Under the pieces are notes generated by a model. The model was given only the letters and a program-made list of their open reading frames with translations, was not told the DNA's origin and searched no databases. A program made the translations under genes and the position numbers. Of a DNA stretch of 64,000 nucleotides, positions 60,674-64,000 are shown in pieces; position 1 is the stretch's first letter, and each line of letters starts with the position of its first letter. Source of the DNA: an uncultured Planctomycetota bacterium (GTDB taxonomy: Bacteria; Planctomycetota; Planctomycetia; Isosphaerales; Isosphaeraceae); the NCBI GenBank assembly GCA_963737655.1, contig CAVTTN010000002.1, forward strand, positions 2,752,001 through 2,816,000. The letters are read 5' to 3'.

Positions 60674-60843
60674 GCCCGTCTGGCACTCCTGGGGCTGTCG
60701 CGAATCGGCGTCGATCCGGGCGTCCGGTCCCGAGAACGCCCCTATTGTATCCCGGCCCCCTCGAAATCAAGCGAGAAGCGACCAGTCTACTCCGGACCCC
60801 CGGGTTTCGGCTAGGATGGGACGCGAGAGGAAGGAGGCCCGCC

Positions 60844-61089
60844 ATGAGCACGGTTGGACGAACGAAATCCGATGCAGCCCCGGCGTGGACGGGTGCCCCG
60901 GAGGCCGTCCCGTCTCCGATGGAAGGGGATTGGGCGGCACGCGTCGCCGAGGTCCATCGGGCGCTCGACCAGATCGATCGCATCGCCGATGCGACGGATT
61001 CGGACGAGTTGTGGGCCAATTTCGAAAAGCAAATCGACGACGAAAGGCGAAGCCTTGGGATGAGGACGCGCTTCGAGCGGAAGGTGTGA
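60844..61089 (+). CDS. Small acidic protein, putative antitoxin
   Basis: AGGAGG RBS; 81 aa; ends 3 nt before the PIN gene start. Confidence 0.6.
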   Translation: MSTVGRTKSDAAPAWTGAPEAVPSPMEGDWAARVAEVHRALDQIDRIADATDSDELWANFEKQIDDERRSLGMRTRFERKV

Positions 61090-61092
61090 AGG

Positions 61093-61544
61093 ATGGCGGA
61101 TTTTGTGGTCCTGGACTCAGGTCCCCGGGCTCCGCGAGCAAGCCGGCCGGCAAGGCGGACGCGGACCGATGCCGAGCCTGGATTCGCCGACTGACCGACG
61201 CTGGCCGACGCGTCGTGATCCCGGAGATCGCCGATAACGAAGTCCGTCGAGAATTGCCCCGACTCGGCGCAACCGCGGGGATCGAGCGGCTCAACCGGCT
61301 CCAAGAGGCCCTGATCTACCGTCCGATCACGACCGAGGCCATGCGGCTGGCCGCCCGACTCTGGGCCCAGGCCCGCCGGGCCGGCAAGCCCACCTCCGAC
61401 CCCCACGCCCTCGACGCCGACGTGATCCTCGCCGCCCAGGCTCAACTGCTGAGCGGCCCGGGGGATTCGGCGGTGGTCGCCACGACGAACCCCGGGCATC
61501 TCGGCCGGTTCATCGACGCGAGGGATTGGCCGACGATCGCCTGA
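61093..61544 (+). CDS. PIN-domain (VapC-like) toxin, frameshift near 61125
   Basis: MADFVVLDSGP, PEIADxEVRREL, AARLWAQAR, LDADVILAAQA, ATTN..HL. Confidence 0.82.
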
Positions 61545-62697
61545 GCCATTTCCGGCTTGCCAGGCCGAGCGCGGCGGACCCGATCACGGCGAGGGTCGTC
61601 GGCTCGGGCACCGGGGCCGGTTCGGGGAGGTTGTTGGGCGTCAGAAGGAGAGTGGCGTAGTCGCCGTCGCGGTCGAAGCCGCTCCCCAGGATCTGGCCCT
61701 CCGCGTTGATCCGGAGGGCCGAGAAGATCGTCCATCCGGAATTCGGCGGGAGCAGGTCGTTGAGGTCGATCATCGTCCCGTCGCGGAAGAGGAAGCCGTG
61801 CTGGACGCCCGAGGCGGTCTGGGACCAGCCGACGACCTCCCCGGCCGCGTTGATCCCGGCCCCGGTGCTGTTCCCTCCTCCGAGGGTGCCGAGGTCCTTC
61901 ATCGCCCCGCCCGTCATCAAGAAGGCGTGAGACGTCCCGTCGGCCAGGGCCGCCGTGCCGACGATCTGGCCGGCGTCGTTGATCTGAGAGGCGGAGCTGG
62001 AATCGCCGCCGAGGGTTCCCAGGGCTCGGAGCGTCCCGTGGTCGTACACGAACCCAAGGGAACGGCCAACCGGTCCGTTTGGGACCGTCGCCTGATAGGC
62101 GGTGCCGACGACCTGGCCGTAGTCATTCAGCCCGTTGGCCGTGCTTTCCTGAAATCCGGGGAGAGTCCCGAGCGGTTGGAGTGAGCCTCCGCTCCAAAGG
62201 AAGGCATGCTCGGGGAAGTTCGGGATCGAGCTGGAGTCGAAAGGGCCGACGGAAATGCCCGCGACGGCCCCACTCGCGTTGATCGCGGTGGCGAACGCCC
62301 AATGATCTCCGGGCAACGTGCCGAGATCGGTCACCTGCCCATGGGAGAAGATGGCTGCCGAACCGGAACCGTTGGGCTGGTCCACTCCTCCGGCGACCTG
62401 GCCCGCATCATCGATTGAGGAGGGGTCAAAGACCTGGTTCTCGGCGAGTGTCCTCACTCCAGGATCCGGCCCGTAACCGCTATAGAGCGCGAAACCCGGT
62501 TGGAGGAGGCTCGTCTGGCCGACCAGCTGGCCCGCGTTGTTCAGTCCGACATAATCGGCGTCCGGGACGCTGTTCGAACCTCCTCCCAGGTTCGTAATCC
62601 GATACGAGGCATCGGCCCTCGCCGAGCGATTCCCGAGGAGGAGAAGCATGGCCGCGGCAAGGGCGAGGCGCGGCCGGGTTCGGAGATGGGGCGTCAT
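61510..62697 (-). CDS. PEP-CTERM surface protein with HAF repeats (DUF3466-like)
   Basis: Signal peptide; repeated DLGTLxG..S.A..IN..G.VVG and HAF units; VPEP + TM + basic tail. Confidence 0.92.
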   Translation of the reverse strand: MTPHLRTRPRLALAAAMLLLLGNRSARADASYRITNLGGGSNSVPDADYVGLNNAGQLVGQTSLLQPGFALYSGYGPDPGVRTLAENQVFDPSSIDDAGQVAGGVDQPNGSGSAAIFSHGQVTDLGTLPGDHWAFATAINASGAVAGISVGPFDSSSIPNFPEHAFLWSGGSLQPLGTLPGFQESTANGLNDYGQVVGTAYQATVPNGPVGRSLGFVYDHGTLRALGTLGGDSSSASQINDAGQIVGTAALADGTSHAFLMTGGAMKDLGTLGGGNSTGAGINAAGEVVGWSQTASGVQHGFLFRDGTMIDLNDLLPPNSGWTIFSALRINAEGQILGSGFDRDGDYATLLLTPNNLPEPAPVPEPTTLAVIGSAALGLASRKWLRRSSANPSRR

Positions 62698-62914
62698 GCC
62701 GGACCCTCCTGGGGTCGATCGTGGTGCCGTCCGGCTCCGGGGCGGTTGGCCCCTTGAGGCGGGACGATCGCAGACTCCTTCTTGCGTGTCAATGCGATCT
62801 CGCGAGGGTCGGTGGGGAAGATTTCCCACAAGGTCTTTGACCGAAGGGCCGAATGCCTTATAGTCCGTTCGATCGGCCCGGGGCGGGTCGAGAGGGCCTG
62901 GGTCGGGAGCGGGC

Positions 62915-63660
62915 ATGGCCGAGGCGATCGAAACCGAGCTGGACTTCGTCGCCGTGGGGCCCACCCCGATGACGTCGAGATCGCGTGCGGCGGGACGCTC
63001 GCCAGCCTTTCGCGGAAAGGGTACAAGGTCGGCATCGTCGATCTGACCGACGGCGAGCCGACCCCGCTTTCCCCCGGACCCGACGTGAGGATGGAAGAGG
63101 CCCGGCTCGCCGCCGAGATCCTCGGCGTCCACGTTCGGATCAACCTGAACCTCCCGAACCGTCGCCTGTTCGATTCGTTCGAGGCCCGCGTGGCCCTGGC
63201 AAAAGTCTTCCGGAAGCATCGGCCGAAGGTCGTCGTGGGCTTCGGCGGCAAGACCGTGATGGCGTCGCCCGACCATTATCAGGCCATGCTGATCACCGAC
63301 GCCGCCGTCTTCTACAGCCGTTTGACGAAGTGGGACGAGCATTTCGACGGCCTTCCGGTCCATACCGTCGTCAATCAATTGAGCTTCCCGATCGGCCTCC
63401 ACGGGCTCGACTTGCCCGAGTCGTCCGGTTATCTCGTAGCGGACATCGGCGCGACCCTGGGAGCGAAATTGGAGGCGATCCGGGCCTACCGGACCCAATT
63501 CCCGGAGGCCAAGTCCCGGGTGTTCTCGGCCGTGGAGTCCATGAATCGCTACCACGGGCTGACGGCCGGCTTCGAGGCGGGCGAATTGTTCCTGACGTAT
63601 CGCTCGGTGGGCGTCGAAGACCTGATGCACTGGGCCAGCCCGCGGCACTCTCGGCCGTGA
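62915..63660 (+). CDS. PIG-L family deacetylase (BshB1-like), frameshift near 62958
   Basis: Restoring one G gives [34 protein letters not shown]. Confidence 0.88.
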
Positions 63661-64000
63661 GGGCCGGCGTGACGGGTTGGGGATTTTCGAGAGTTTGAGG
63701 AAACCTCCGGGGAGATGATTCCCTTGACCGATCGGCCCCGATAGACTTCATGGGAGACGAGAGGCCGCCCCCCGGGCGCCCGGATCGCCCCCGACGATGA
63801 CCCTGGCCCCTTTCGACGCGGAAATGGCGGCCTGGCCCTCCCGGCGAGGCGACGGCCCGGACCGGCCCCGGCCCTCGATGAAGAAAAGGCGAACGAGGTG
63901 ACTTGGCAATCCTGGCTCCGCAACCTGTTGCGACCTCGGCCCCCGGCCCCGAGAGAGTCCCCGCGGAGGGTCGATCCCGACTCGACCCAGGACTTCCTCC

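Noticed and set aside
63749..64000. Start of a further plus-strand gene at the window end
   Set aside because: Too little sequence and an ambiguous start or frame; no recognisable motif

Overview
This is a GC-rich (about 70%) bacterial chromosomal segment, most consistent with a planctomycete of the Isosphaera/Singulisphaera type. That assignment is inferred from a DUF1559 prepilin-like protein, a PT-HINT protein, a PEP-CTERM/HAF-repeat protein, Uma2 and a zinc-ribbon M48 protease. It carries housekeeping genes (xerC, dnaJ-grpE-fmdB-yacG, icd, lpxK-waaF, plsY, cbiE/T), two envelope-glycosylation clusters rich in GT2/GT4 and multi-pass GT-C-like proteins, ABC transporters, several toxin-antitoxin-like modules and at least three families of palindromic REP/MITE-like repeats. 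About 15 apparent single-base frameshifts, mostly in G/C runs, look like long-read assembly errors; they were repaired by eye to define genes. The most interesting observations are: (1) a DUF2946/CruR-like CxxC...RGPP leader ORF upstream of a DUF1559 gene, a candidate metal-sensing ribosome-stalling switch; (2) a 40-aa basic C4 zinc-finger microprotein, missing from the ORF track, with eL40-like cysteine spacing; (3) an NtrC-like protein whose receiver, GAFTGA and two catalytic arginines have degenerated; (4) an orphan RES-domain-like protein; (5) a probable PlsY-beta-propeller fusion; (6) a toxin-less secreted HINT protein ending in HDN; (7) a 44-bp inverted repeat that supplies the stop codons of both flanking genes. 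No rRNA, tRNA, CRISPR array, transposase or prophage was recognised. All calls are from motif recognition by eye; no database search was run.
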